Source of the DNA: an uncultured Planctomycetales bacterium
GTDB taxonomy: Bacteria; Omnitrophota; Gorgyraeia; Zapsychrales; Zapsychraceae
Assembly (NCBI GenBank): GCA_964364455.1
Contig: CAYIMR010000001.1
Location: 2,403 to 66,402, forward strand
Length of the DNA: 64,000 bases
Reading direction: 5' to 3'
Under the pieces are notes generated by a model. It was not told the origin of the DNA. It saw only the letters and a program-made list of their open reading frames with translations, and did not search any database. Both the position numbers and the translations under genes were made by a program. Of this stretch, positions 13,001 through 17,599 are shown piece by piece; the stretch's first letter is position 1, and each line of letters begins with the position of its first letter.

Positions 13001-16000
13001 CGCGTCCCACTCTTTCGCCTGCCCGAATTCCCCGCCCATAAACAACAACTTCTTGCCGGGCATGGTAAACTGCAGACCGAAAAGTAATCTCAAGTTGGCA
13101 AAGACCTGCCGCTCGTCGCCAGGCATTCTTTCTTTCAGCGAGCGCTTGCCGTGAACGACTTCATCATGCGAAAGCGGAAGAACAAAATTCTCGGTAGAAG
13201 CGTAGACCAGATAAAATGTCAAAAGATGCTGGTTGAATTTCCGATAAATGGGATCGAGCTTCATATATTCCAGGGTATCGTGCATCCAGCCCATGGACCA
13301 TTTCATCGAAAAGCCGAGACCACCCATATCCGCCGGGCGGGAGACCATCGGCCAGGAAGTCGATTCTTCGGCGATGGTCAAAATGCCCGGATATTGCCCA
13401 TGCGCAGCGATGTTGAAATCTTTCAGAAACGCGACGGCTTCGAGGTTCTCCCTTCCGCCATAAACGTTGGGAATCCATTCGCCGTCTTTACGCGAATAAT
13501 CGCGGTAGAGCATTGATGCCACCGCGTCCACCCGCAGGCCGTCGATATGATACTTCTCAAGCCAGAAGAGAGCGTTGGCGATCAGAAAACTGCGCACCTC
13601 ATGGCGGCTGTAATTAAAGGTGTTTGTGCCCCAGTCCGGATGATCCCGTTCGCGCGCGTCGCTGTAGGAGAAAAGATGCGTGCCGTCAAAATTGTAAAGC
13701 CCGACTTCATCCTTCGGGAAATGCGCCGGCACCCAATCAACAAGGACTCCAATGCCCTGCTGATGCAGATGATCCACCAGATACATGAAATCCTGCGGCG
13801 TGCCGTAACGCGACGTCGGGGCATAGAAATTGCTGACCTGATAACCCCAGGAAGGATAATAAAGATGTTCCGCGACAGGCATAAATTCAACGTGGGTAAA
13901 GTTCATGTCTTTGACATATTGGGCCAGACGCGGCGCGATCTCGCGATAAGTTAACCATCGGTTGTTCTCCCCGCGCAGCCAGGATCCGAGGTGAATTTCA
14001 TAAACGGAAACCGGCGCGTCCAAGGCCTGCTTTCGGGCGCGCTCACCCATCCACTGCGCGTCTTGCCATTCGTAGTCCAGACCCCAGATAATCGAAGCGT
14101 TACTGGCGGGCTGTTCGCTCGTCGGGAACTGATTAAATGAAGCGCAGGGATCAGATTTCATGCGCGTTATACCATCCGCGCCCTTCACGGCGAATTTATA
14201 AACCGTGCCCGCGCCGATATTCGGGACAAAGATAGCCCAGATACCGGCGTCCAGACGCCAGAGGCAATGCGCACCCTGATCCCATTCATTGAAATCACCG
14301 ACCAGAGAAATTGCCTGCGCGTTGGGCGCCCACACGGCAAAATACGTGCCGATCGTCCGGCCGTCGGCCTGAATCAGATGCGCCCCAAGCTTCTCATAAA
14401 TACGGTAATGCGTCCCTTGGCCGACCAAAAGTTGTCTGTCGAAATCACTTAAATGGAGCTTTTGAATCTCTTTTAGAACCGCCGGATAAGACAGTTCTAC
14501 AATCCTGTTCTCGCGCTCCACAGAGGCAAGGAAGTTATTCAATTCCCGTGGATGAACCGCGTAATAAACATACATGATTTCCAACGCCGAAACCGGACTG
14601 GAAGAGGCTTCCGCAATAATCACCCGGCCGTTTTTGCCGAATCTGCTCACTAAGTTTAAATTTTTGCGTGGGGCAGGATCACCGGTAATGAAGACTTCTT
14701 CCCGATCCGTTTGAATCATCCCGGCCACATAGGAATCATGGCGGATATTCCCGGTTTCTAACGGCCGCCCATTAACTTCTATATTCTTAAGAAGAGTCTG
14801 CATGGCCCGGAGTTCATCCATAGAACTAGTGTCATCGGACAATTTTCTCCCGATCTTTTGCGCTATGGAAGCCAACCAATTAAGACCTGTGCTTCCAACA
14901 CCCTTACCCTGCAATTTTGCATCGACAAAATGATTTAGCACCAAAATACTGTTTTTTGAGACGAAGAACTCAAGAACGCCGATGGGCACGGATTTCTCTC
15001 CCATGGAATAATTGTAGGCGTAATATTGCACTCCATCACAAGAGGGCCTCTTTGCGCCGCGGCCTTGGATGGTAATCTTTTTAATCGAAGAATCTCCTTC
15101 AATGTTGTCCAATACCATGCGCGCGGGCAAAATAACCAAGCCCTTCCCGCTTCCTTGTACCGGTGAAGAGGAATACTTCCGTTCTCCCTTGGCCTGGACT
15201 TCGGCGACAACGGCGCGCGCGGGTATGGATCGATCGAGCGGAATGTTGATGAAGATCGACTCTTCCGCCGGTTTGGCATGAACTTCTTTAAATCGCTGGA
15301 CAACGCCTTGTGCGGAGTCACCAGACACACTCCGGGCACCGAACAGACCTCTGGAACCTGACATTGTCAAAATCGATTCTTCACCAGGAATTGTGCCGAT
15401 CGCAGGCGGATCGCGGAAGCTTAACTTGTGGCCGCGTCTGTTTTCAGCGAGGAGATAATTCCCGCCGTACCCAAGATAGCCGGCAATAGCCAGCCGGACA
15501 GCGGATGCGTCATGATGAGCTGGATTATCGATGGCAAGCCAGAGACCATACCATTGACCATTGACCATTGACCATTGACCATAAACTGATACCGGGATCA
15601 CGGCCGGAGTCTGCGGCAACGCCGCCGGTACCGCCGGAACGTTCGTTGTTGTATGGGCGGCTTTGAAGCTGAATTTCTTGGCATTGACCGCCATCTGTCC
15701 GGCCATATCCGCGATTACCTTGAGATCTTTGACGGAAACGATCTTTGTGCCGGCTGTGTTATGAGCGCGGACATATTCCGCCCAGACAAGATCATTGACA
15801 TCAACAACAGGCGAAGAAGAAGAGGCGACCACCGCGCCGACGGGCGAATTCGTTATTTCGTCTTTCGTCTTTCGTCCTTCGTCCGTCATTTCCTGTTCAC
15901 TGTACCCTGTCCCTGCACCAAGGGATACCCTGTCCCCTGCATCCATTGCTTCCTTCAGACTCAAAACAACCAGACCCTTCTTCTTGCGCTTAGGCTGGGT

Positions 16001-16039
16001 CTTCGCCCATTCGTCATAGCGCGGAAACCACAACGCCAT
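1..16039 (-). CDS. Giant multidomain fusion ORF (ORF-L). The C-terminal part continues past window position 1. The start is provisionally the ATG at 16037-16039 (MALWFPRYDEWAKTQ...), but the true start could lie as far up as about 16200.
   Basis: Hand translation of the reverse strand gives continuous protein-like sequence with the recognisable domains listed below. No stops were met in the followed frame, but continuity between anchors was not exhaustively checked. Plus-strand ORFs over this span in the track (e.g. 12629..13087, 13547..13954) look like antisense artefacts. Confidence 0.45.
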   Translation of the reverse strand, partial: MALWFPRYDEWAKTQPKRKKKGLVVLSLKEAMDAGDRVSLGAGTGYSEQEMTDEGRKTKDEITNSPVGAVVASSSSPVVDVNDLVWAEYVRAHNTAGTKIVSVKDLKVIADMAGQMAVNAKKFSFKAAHTTTNVPAVPAALPQTPAVIPVSVYGQWSMVNGQWYGLWLAIDNPAHHDASAVRLAIAGYLGYGGNYLLAENRRGHKLSFRDPPAIGTIPGEESILTMSGSRGLFGARSVSGDSAQGVVQRFKEVHAKPAEESIFINIPLDRSIPARAVVAEVQAKGERKYSSSPVQGSGKGLVILPARMVLDNIEGDSSIKKITIQGRGAKRPSCDGVQYYAYNYSMGEKSVPIGVLEFFVSKNSILVLNHFVDAKLQGKGVGSTGLNWLASIAQKIGRKLSDDTSSMDELRAMQTLLKNIEVNGRPLETGNIRHDSYVAGMIQTDREEVFITGDPAPRKNLNLVSRFGKNGRVIIAEASSSPVSALEIMYVYYAVHPRELNNFLASVERENRIVELSYPAVLKEIQKLHLSDFDRQLLVGQGTHYRIYEKLGAHLIQADGRTIGTYFAVWAPNAQAISLVGDFNEWDQGAHCLWRLDAGIWAIFVPNIGAGTVYKFAVKGADGITRMKSDPCASFNQFPTSEQPASNASIIWGLDYEWQDAQWMGERARKQALDAPVSVYEIHLGSWLRGENNRWLTYREIAPRLAQYVKDMNFTHVEFMPVAEHLYYPSWGYQVSNFYAPTSRYGTPQDFMYLVDHLHQQGIGVLVDWVPAHFPKDEVGLYNFDGTHLFSYSDARERDHPDWGTNTFNYSRHEVRSFLIANALFWLEKYHIDGLRVDAVASMLYRDYSRKDGEWIPNVYGGRENLEAVAFLKDFNIAAHGQYPGILTIAEESTSWPMVSRPADMGGLGFSMKWSMGWMHDTLEYMKLDPIYRKFNQHLLTFYLVYASTENFVLPLSHDEVVHGKRSLKERMPGDERQVFANLRLLFGLQFTMPGKKLLFMGGEFGQAKEWDANTAIEWHLRNYPGHQGTQRWVRDLNGLYRRESALHEVDFEGHGFEWIDFSDWEQSVISFIRRGRNPQGNVVVVMNFTPLLRQDYRIGVPQGGYWQKILNSDADIYGGGNIGNSGGVMAQPVSTHGRPYSLNLTLPPLGMLILKRQNDSSSSPVVNENNEEPIVQKAKKIAREGYDEKLYKSAEHRANHVEAFGGSADVVAAAWLSLLEAAKMEGLRRRELTSADSASSRSSSPIESTDARERDRKQQLFLEFWRMLAERKLIRKIYEARTARRGVDRRARIQTILRQILPRADIPKAVGKRIEQFKEVFFEDEHIDLYYKWNKDEQAIVRIAPAHFVDYLTDTRHIRSFFGHGQRVDVITDPREVSDMREDLARYQNHPALYKIVYELNSGDHQRMVDAVRQLEGLVHHPKAGEEAKRILNAALGVEDDHIQVMTQKILNNLYSGRPQEFPAAHETRMAKLGEAVEFSDMVIDAGFNPFKNKKRLKTFNARLVTATNYSGQKRYRKLNVVPETDNSIRLSFSEGSRVLRARKGVIHLAVQLQDNGRMDWQYVENDQANVTIFAQPDLRGKMIYQGWPAYLGVYGEDGKIIHDENGRAIPGTFKTIEEKLPYLHAQGFAYVYVMGVYQLDRPENIIGQVGPDASLFSPLEFNISKELGGEEGLSRLVKKAKEKYGIEILVDLIPHVNQNFKQLPEWSIVKARSFGKIIRRLATDGSVNHEDGLPVEWHDSVVINWRDIRVLYAYETLIRRLAKNGIKGARIDVAHHFGVMLPAERSLNGKQKLFGHVTSWERKQDGGFKVVNHWHGGEGNPLLVYLVSHITKDYPDFIFVGENYGKDIQLLKSGVMPMETGTYSDLQKVIMEGGSTQTILNGHFRWLSNELPKGSQMVGALETHDFFRVMDRWQHYGPRRLKAAIWTWLATTRGPIMIYNRQEEGEVHRVRIDNYTWHNYAEADRQRYYAQLEFENLYKETVQQFYQRALNTYRRYGSLHTGNEYLINTHHDRIFAIARFNKKEKLIFVINEWWETAFAGIDLAPLQKQLEIESSSKQFYMVTDLENGREEVFTGKELLAEGIRLTLGSYQPAVLAVRKVRGLKDDLSDGVGSLTTNARGRALRDALKRYSEQYRPRRIKVNNAFRWLEKAVLHRSYAFFHERFSYLARIVESRATRGQLNTTDLTVIMHDMAVKHPKEADKMKRMLESLTKRTEDELVREAAQKVRRWMDVGAAVFVSPEAVPYFKAGGMANVVGELAMVLAKSGLKVYVVLPQYQNLDKSTVQYTGKVAQIFLGRHGHVAGSIAEKYFEDVDYVFLDNPYFADALYGQSSKEHESLRAAFLSLGALEAMKALNIHPSIIIGNDWMTAPLMAHLNSDRSLYKRDPHFSQARTIGWIHNNGQDYQFKVGRYQNGVDLLGNLGLAPEDYGWFIDPHRSDLINFMHAFIRHAGIIVPVSPGQLRDYVQTDDKGGAEGFRHVFIEKKQARRLFSVTNGIPLRERQRGRFGMTMFDVHTPEDLQKFLKIQRKKQIESRIIMAEEYPQFWPASGGRSEYINENYFVGNLVSRITDQKGIQYVVPFVRRVMYSGRYPDVSFVFAGVGDPLLMGQLNALIYEFPGRVGYNNDFVSNQKPLYYHVYGIGDFYNSFSMWEPGGISPMEALAFGVPGLVSDKQGHKSTIRSIYVPELARITRINDNEPDFNGARFPVDEYRVDRTVDYIMFAFDRLYAAWKARNENDQWDTLRAHALMSDNSWEKTSESVEALFKYTMGRQEYFRILAKTLMLDDASSPAGDKLSSSSPVVNENNEEPIVQKAKKIAREGYDEKLYKSAEHRANHVEAFGGSADVVAAAWLSLLEAAKMEGLRRRGIAEFQGTALWDLLNGLKELRNLEYNPPRLKNINTFFGDLWKRAAVVKGSEVVRNQMGMIITTAANAKVLLLACADKIEALSSASGERRERILYEILEVYIPLAERSGRRDMADFLRDKWFYYTNYEEYTQLAEALKKRTGLNREQSEEYLALELRNLIIYLKSSIPADKFYVTGRFKGPASIRNKMTRKGVALDDINDLFGFRLVILSEDKMLMGEVIGLIDQFVRMPGRHWMGAKPRNRIKGDHYEGVHIDYWDDSTRPFEIQIMTSANFDLYQYSTEAGGAHWIYNVSKEPTLSKQRFRNIPELKLSGNFAKDFEALQKLEKQWIYVTVNVNEGEFVPLRLPLNSISADIAAHRYIDLFNDQYAGVEAFVAVEREEGFEVTQKKWLSATEPVSNGLTVRVVSGKAVKSIDRHIISKVKTNRARLIIGMLGLGKREHAQVMEGIISCTDQFLGPMALDLGLKNARELLMAVELGIIAKDQIKERAIKIGGQMLKKRLTRLDFSLPDTRIMLERLLGTFPSFRLKSVEDLYALVGTKQIDAEVINERFSAGNLKVRLEGAVSDGRARLIVTGRYDWPGIFLDVAKIISEFGANLGDFDSDETKEVNIVLEVEGVTPEKINNIMEALGTIPDIKVPEPAFTRKMAQFIYSNRVPVSIERIPHKTGVLVNMLRALWDRDTRINVLSIKTRVEGKFATVALTLKHPEGISAEELKRIKEDLERAKYAMNGPSSSSPVSSSSPVNHLSEKLAGALAGMGVEEKRKLNDDAANNVNKMLMRIHYIHSLETYRQDFLDPLARKLDLADWNALYLAVALDLLSVQDIHREALIQGEEIVAQALSLENSQQLAKSDNFARLETLLLTFEKEHLKDVDSLIAAAGSKQITPEQIKARLPSDKRKIFVRTTKEFYDGEISLQIWARHDRPGMLRAVSREVKNLGGNIRFFTVYVDKEIPAELRANMKGFVKVVVDLTIRGIDAARALAIAQTLRTLPDADVTSVSKTWWLPKLLWTKIYREEFMVEIPDKVGQLSWLLDTIGRLDPQINVAKIFSGTSSNGKARITLVLESLHKIKRQDVALAFARASFMDEATGPVSLKLAEGTVERFVQEKLRGLPGYLFFGPDDFTGTGSLMPGLDREIFEIFYKIAQYHHSGQIRQGGAPYIAHPLGVLAMYVNRWAGRDLLVALGLPLHDAVEDSIRYFTNARNDKLPPEERRAQFTDKNKRPVSDEERREVLELIKTQIIDGLAAIGKDIHGLPFDLDRLMELVWVLTKKKDAADYLFEIVKFGPGAIIGKFVDRVSNLEDFEASITSEFIGKQFEGTIKDFIEAPIGDTGKSLLDNLPDEFQYFKLKFKRSLLISFLYSLHRLSGIDSMEKARETVRRIDPGIVIEGWNHPEEVFLQAVRALAERERQAAPDTASPPTSLGASSPILSPESHREQTQAGARKTDICSGSIRSVEDLRSYLMQGPFAVDATMEAFLDEIKDPRAQQALASGGLGFLAGETYGAYGQTGQRVVGLMPLYEHYVDHAGGGTYIGIDWDHTAGVGRLSVAEHKKEAFRFDVEFNGSMYNVRLYMVLTHGTPVLMIRQPEINYALYPEEPGKLRQMAFLGRTYVELFKQLGVAPDILRLNEPQLFFLVQAVENDIQYFENGYFRLRKEASIYRDTKVVLTTHTPEAAALPKYDSVSWLRMHVGEGLAPDYVIRDGSLDLARRLAENPRVAVINAVAQEHGEVTRLAVLPGAGEKTLAITNGSDPRLWKSGELMDLEGSGKGVRGIDLYEIGQHAKGKLNEYLLKTTGTAFRHIERPLAGLVRRLVEYKEQRILFGLIEYITGDRDKEYETPLGRKYGLEMNLLVGGVGRDTVGREWVRQFKALAKREDLEGKFIFVEGSGTEAMKLATQASDVWVSMPRSTREAAGTSDQRASFNGHPNIATDTGGPKEYVETGVNGWLMDVFKDSGYSFEEVVTLLQLPDHYREKQQIVEYYRKRSQELLAQYLTEVSQLYYAHQEHQDARWLAIMEASYRIGHEKVSIIRLVKQYGQMYEFVRGNLNISFEELAQRFKEIRLHEVEKHLRASSPVVGSAWLAAQLKSIKKVFERAKALNKAVDGVMVLLTTAMVIFVGLAGYALYHVFGWLTVLFVPVLAEIVIIIWLEVKAERRAKDENTTRKAAIDVIPVVHPAVLVQPTEPKNELLEWFKRNPWYYEYGQYGTKDPEVALERLLAQARTGDPKSLRTIGDTIVDYEIRRLPSVLAQFANDDALVKQLAQRAGADIPFSSDAPDRLDDFKALRALQQLHALPELVQLGRHATKSELAIEALQELEATEQLTTLASETPNAQDVIKIITWLAGRGDTASLRMLRQNAGLLIRLNQWFFGNLESDDTAIFDLLTMQGVPSAVLRERAQVIFQRQAEYISGTGWSLDGNTRFAVAYLAVLAILAGLPGLSEDSEIKELRSKIINQARLTAAPQKHSWMGGETNASFAFGREYFRN
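1000..1200 (-). other. Module: two predicted transmembrane helices
   Basis: Translation reads VDGVMVLLTTAMVIFVGLAGYALYHVFGWLTVLFVPVLAEIVIIIWLEVKAERR. Confidence 0.4.
1500..3100 (-). other. Module: GT35-family alpha-glucan (glycogen/maltodextrin) phosphorylase-like
   Basis: Motifs ASGGLGFLAGETYG (verified at 2941-3000), VVLTTHTPEAAALPKYD (verified at 2401-2460), and a C-terminal ...SMPRSTREAAGTSDQRASFNGHPNIATDTGGPKEYVETGVNGWLM (EASGTSGMK-like, Lys not conserved). Confidence 0.55.
3200..4100 (-). other. Module: HD-superfamily (RelA/SpoT-type) hydrolase domain
   Basis: HHSGQIRQGGAPYIAHPLGVLAMYV...LHDAVEDS verified against plus-strand 3901-4020. A downstream ...KFVDRVSNLED matches the ADRLHNMRT-like motif. 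Confidence 0.6.
4100..5230 (-). other. Module: two ACT-like regulatory domains
   Basis: ISLQIWARHDRPGMLRAVSREVKNLGGNIRFFTV and MVEIPDKVGQLSWLLDTIGRLDPQINVAKIF.... Confidence 0.4.
5250..7440 (-). other. Module: RelA/SpoT-homologue (RSH) block containing a (p)ppGpp-synthetase-like domain, a TGS-like domain and an ACT domain, preceded by an HD-like helical segment
   Basis: Synthetase motif EIQIMTSANFDLYQYSTEAGGAHWIYN verified at about 6560-6680, and GRFKGPASIRNKMTRKG upstream. TGS-like at about 6370-6470. ACT GRARLIVTGRYDWPGIFLDVAKIISEFGANL at about 5300-5560. KVLLLACADKIEAL...ILYEILEVYIPLAERSG at about 7300-7420. Confidence 0.55.
7438..7655. repeat. Exact 216-bp direct repeat, copy A. It lies inside ORF-L coding sequence and encodes ...RRRLGEMKAAELLSLWAAAVVDASGGFAEVHNARHEASKYLKEDYGERAIKKAKQVIPEENNENVVPSSSS on the minus strand (given C- to N-terminus, i.e. 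in plus-strand coordinate order).
   Basis: Base-for-base identical to 12344-12561 by direct comparison. The flanks diverge immediately on both sides. Confidence 0.85.
7700..9600 (-). other. Module: GT5/GT4 glycogen(starch)-synthase-like glycosyltransferase
   Basis: AAVFVSPEAVPYFKAGGMANVVGELAMVLAKSGLKVYVVLP and ...SMWEPGGISPMEALAFGVPGLVSDKQG, matching the KTGGLADV and SxFEPCGLxQ motif positions. Confidence 0.45.
9700..12290 (-). other. Module: GH13 alpha-amylase-family catalytic domain with an N-terminal extension (GlgE/amylosucrase-like)
   Basis: Region I ILVDLIPHVNQN verified at 10931-10965. Region II GARIDVAHHFG verified at 10693-10731. Region III FIFVGENYG. Region IV GALETHDFF. Confidence 0.55.
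12344..12561. repeat. Exact 216-bp direct repeat, copy B
   Basis: Identical to 7438-7655. The upstream context differs (ELTSADSASSRSSSPI...). Confidence 0.85.
12600..14580 (-). other. glgB: Module: 1,4-alpha-glucan branching enzyme (GlgB, GH13_9)-like
   Basis: YEKLGAHL, VWAPNAQAISLVGDFNEWD, VYEIHLGSW, LRVDAVASMLY, HDEVVHGK. ...PGILTIAEESTSWPMVSRP verified at 13321-13380. Confidence 0.6.
14620..15160 (-). other. Module: GNAT-type N-acetyltransferase-like
   Basis: VDAKLQGKGVGSTGLNWLASIAQKIGRK matches GNAT motif A. The module is flanked by SSSPVQ (verified at about 15165-15185) and SSSPVS (about 14590). Confidence 0.4.
15553..15585. repeat. Tandem repeat (CCATTGAC)x4 inside coding sequence. 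It encodes a Gly-Gln-Trp repeat (YGQWSMVNGQWYGLW).
   Basis: Directly visible: ccattgaccattgaccattgaccattgacca. Confidence 0.8.
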
Positions 16040-16287
16040 CTGGAATTCCTTATCGGACAACTTGATCTTGACGGAATTCAACGCGGCGGACGCGCGGCCG
16101 CTGAAGTAAGCCCAAGCATCAACTAGGCTCAATTGAATCTTACCGTCGAAGCCGGGCACCAGAACGATTTCGGCAATCTTGACAATCCTGAAAGGCGCGA
16201 CTATACTTGGGATGAATATGAAAGGATTCTTTACTAATCGCAGGCGTGAACTGGTCGGCAAAAGTTTTGTGACTACCGAGGAATAAA

Positions 16288-16380
16288 ATGTTTTTAGCAG
16301 GCCTATTAGCGGTAGCCGCCATAGCCGTGGTAATTGCCGTGTGGTTTGGAATCGATCAATACCGCGCCCATCACCACTAA
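16288..16380 (+). CDS. Small hydrophobic peptide 1 (30 aa): MFLAGLLAVAAIAVVIAVWFGIDQYRAHHH
   Basis: ATG 16288 is preceded by GAGGA 7 nt upstream. One predicted TM helix followed by DQYR and a His3 tail. Paralogous to the next two peptides. Confidence 0.5.
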   Translation: MFLAGLLAVAAIAVVIAVWFGIDQYRAHHH

Positions 16381-16437
16381 TCATTGCCCCTAAAGGCGCC
16401 GCCCCACCCGGTATTCTCGGTTGCCCGGAAAGGAGTG

Positions 16438-16539
16438 ATGAATAAAATGTTATTCGTACTGGTAACGTTCTTGATGATCGGCCTGGCTTTCTTGATCTGG
16501 ATTGCCATCGACCAATACCGCCTGAAACATCATCATTGA
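16438..16539 (+). CDS. Small hydrophobic peptide 2 (33 aa): MNKMLFVLVTFLMIGLAFLIWIAIDQYRLKHHH
   Basis: AAAGGAG Shine-Dalgarno 3-9 nt upstream of the ATG. Same TM helix plus IDQYR plus HHH pattern. Confidence 0.5.
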   Translation: MNKMLFVLVTFLMIGLAFLIWIAIDQYRLKHHH

Positions 16540-16741
16540 CCGGGTCTGCTTCGTCCCTCGCCCCTCGTCCCTCGTCCTTCATGGCCTCAAAATTCGGCGC
16601 GTTGGTCTTTCGGGCCAGATCTTCCTGAATGCCGCCCTGCGCCAAGACGCCCAAAGAAGCCGTTCGGATTGAGCCGAAGGTTAAGTTGACGAGAGACCGC
16701 GGATATGTTATAGCTACACTGTTAAATCGGGAGGTGGGATA

Positions 16742-16843
16742 ATGGGAATATATATTTTGCTCGGCGGGTTTCTTATCTTCGCGCTTATTATCGCCGAGAT
16801 CGTGATCCGTCAGGACAGGGGCCGCCATCATCACGGAGCTTGA
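16742..16843 (+). CDS. Small hydrophobic peptide 3 (33 aa): MGIYILLGGFLIFALIIAEIVIRQDRGRHHHGA
   Basis: GGGAGG upstream of the ATG. Third paralogue, with a more diverged tail (RQDRGRHHH). Confidence 0.45.
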   Translation: MGIYILLGGFLIFALIIAEIVIRQDRGRHHHGA

Positions 16844-16967
16844 TCCGCGCGATCCTTCTCCGATCGAGGCCTTCTGCGGCTTAAATATAATTCCGCCTTG
16901 ACCATATCTCTCAGACATGTTAGGATTTGACGATAATTTAGAGTAATCTTTAAAAGGAACAGAAAAG

Positions 16968-17207
16968 ATGAAACGATTAAAAGTCTTTAATAATGACCAA
17001 TGGCTGACTAAGCACTTTAAAGAATTAGTAGATAAATACGCTGGTGGATTCATTATCGCGGTTAACGGCAAGATCGTATATACCAACAAAGACGGCTCAC
17101 CGCGCGATTTAGGGAAACGCGTCAAAAGAGAATTCCCTGATGCTACGCCCTTGTTTTTCCGAGTCCCATATCCCCATGAATTTATATGCGCTCTAATCAT
17201 TCTATAA
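16968..17207 (+). CDS. DUF5678-like small protein
   Basis: In the ORF track: MKRLKVFNNDQWLTKHFKELVDKYAGGFIIAVNGKIVYTNKDGSPRDLGKRVKREF.... AAGGAACAG sits upstream of the ATG. From memory this family is typically paired with a retropepsin-like protease. Confidence 0.6.
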   Translation: MKRLKVFNNDQWLTKHFKELVDKYAGGFIIAVNGKIVYTNKDGSPRDLGKRVKREFPDATPLFFRVPYPHEFICALIIL

Positions 17208-17587
17208 AATTCCCCTACAAAACCTACAATAACATACCCTGTCCGATCATCACTCTTGATATCCGCAAAACGGCCATTGACGCCTATATCGATTCCGGAG
17301 CTTTCTACTCTATTTTCTCCATCAAGGAGGCTGAATGGCTCGGCATAGACTACACCAAAGGCAGGCAAGGCGGCGCTATGGTAGGGGACGGAAATATAAT
17401 TCCAGTATATTTTCATATCCTCCCTATAAGTATCGGCGGGATTTCCCTCAACGCCACGATAGGATTTTCCCCCAAACTTAATATCGGCTTCAACCTTTTG
17501 GGCAGAAAAGACATCTTCAACCGTTTTGTCATTATCTTCGATGACGCCAAAAGAAGTGTCACGTTGATTCCCCGCAAACACCAATAA
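17186..17587 (+). CDS. Retropepsin-like (retroviral-type) aspartic protease
   Basis: In the ORF track: ...IITLDIRKTAIDAYIDSGAFYSIF... carries the D-S-G-A catalytic motif. The ORF overlaps the DUF5678 ORF by 22 nt in a different frame, suggesting translational coupling. Confidence 0.65.
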   Translation: MRSNHSIKFPYKTYNNIPCPIITLDIRKTAIDAYIDSGAFYSIFSIKEAEWLGIDYTKGRQGGAMVGDGNIIPVYFHILPISIGGISLNATIGFSPKLNIGFNLLGRKDIFNRFVIIFDDAKRSVTLIPRKHQ

Positions 17588-17599
17588 TTCTTCAGCGCC

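Noticed and set aside
16039-16582. Possible ORF-L start at the ATG within the GGACGAGG repeats at about 16580 (MKDEGRGARDE...)
   Set aside because: The downstream translation up to about 16200 is low-complexity (…GRWQSRSRKPGRSSRTLPVRITFYSSLLSGQPRIP…). It is merely the open codon-aligned antisense of the small-peptide genes. The protein-like sequence begins near 16150-16040.
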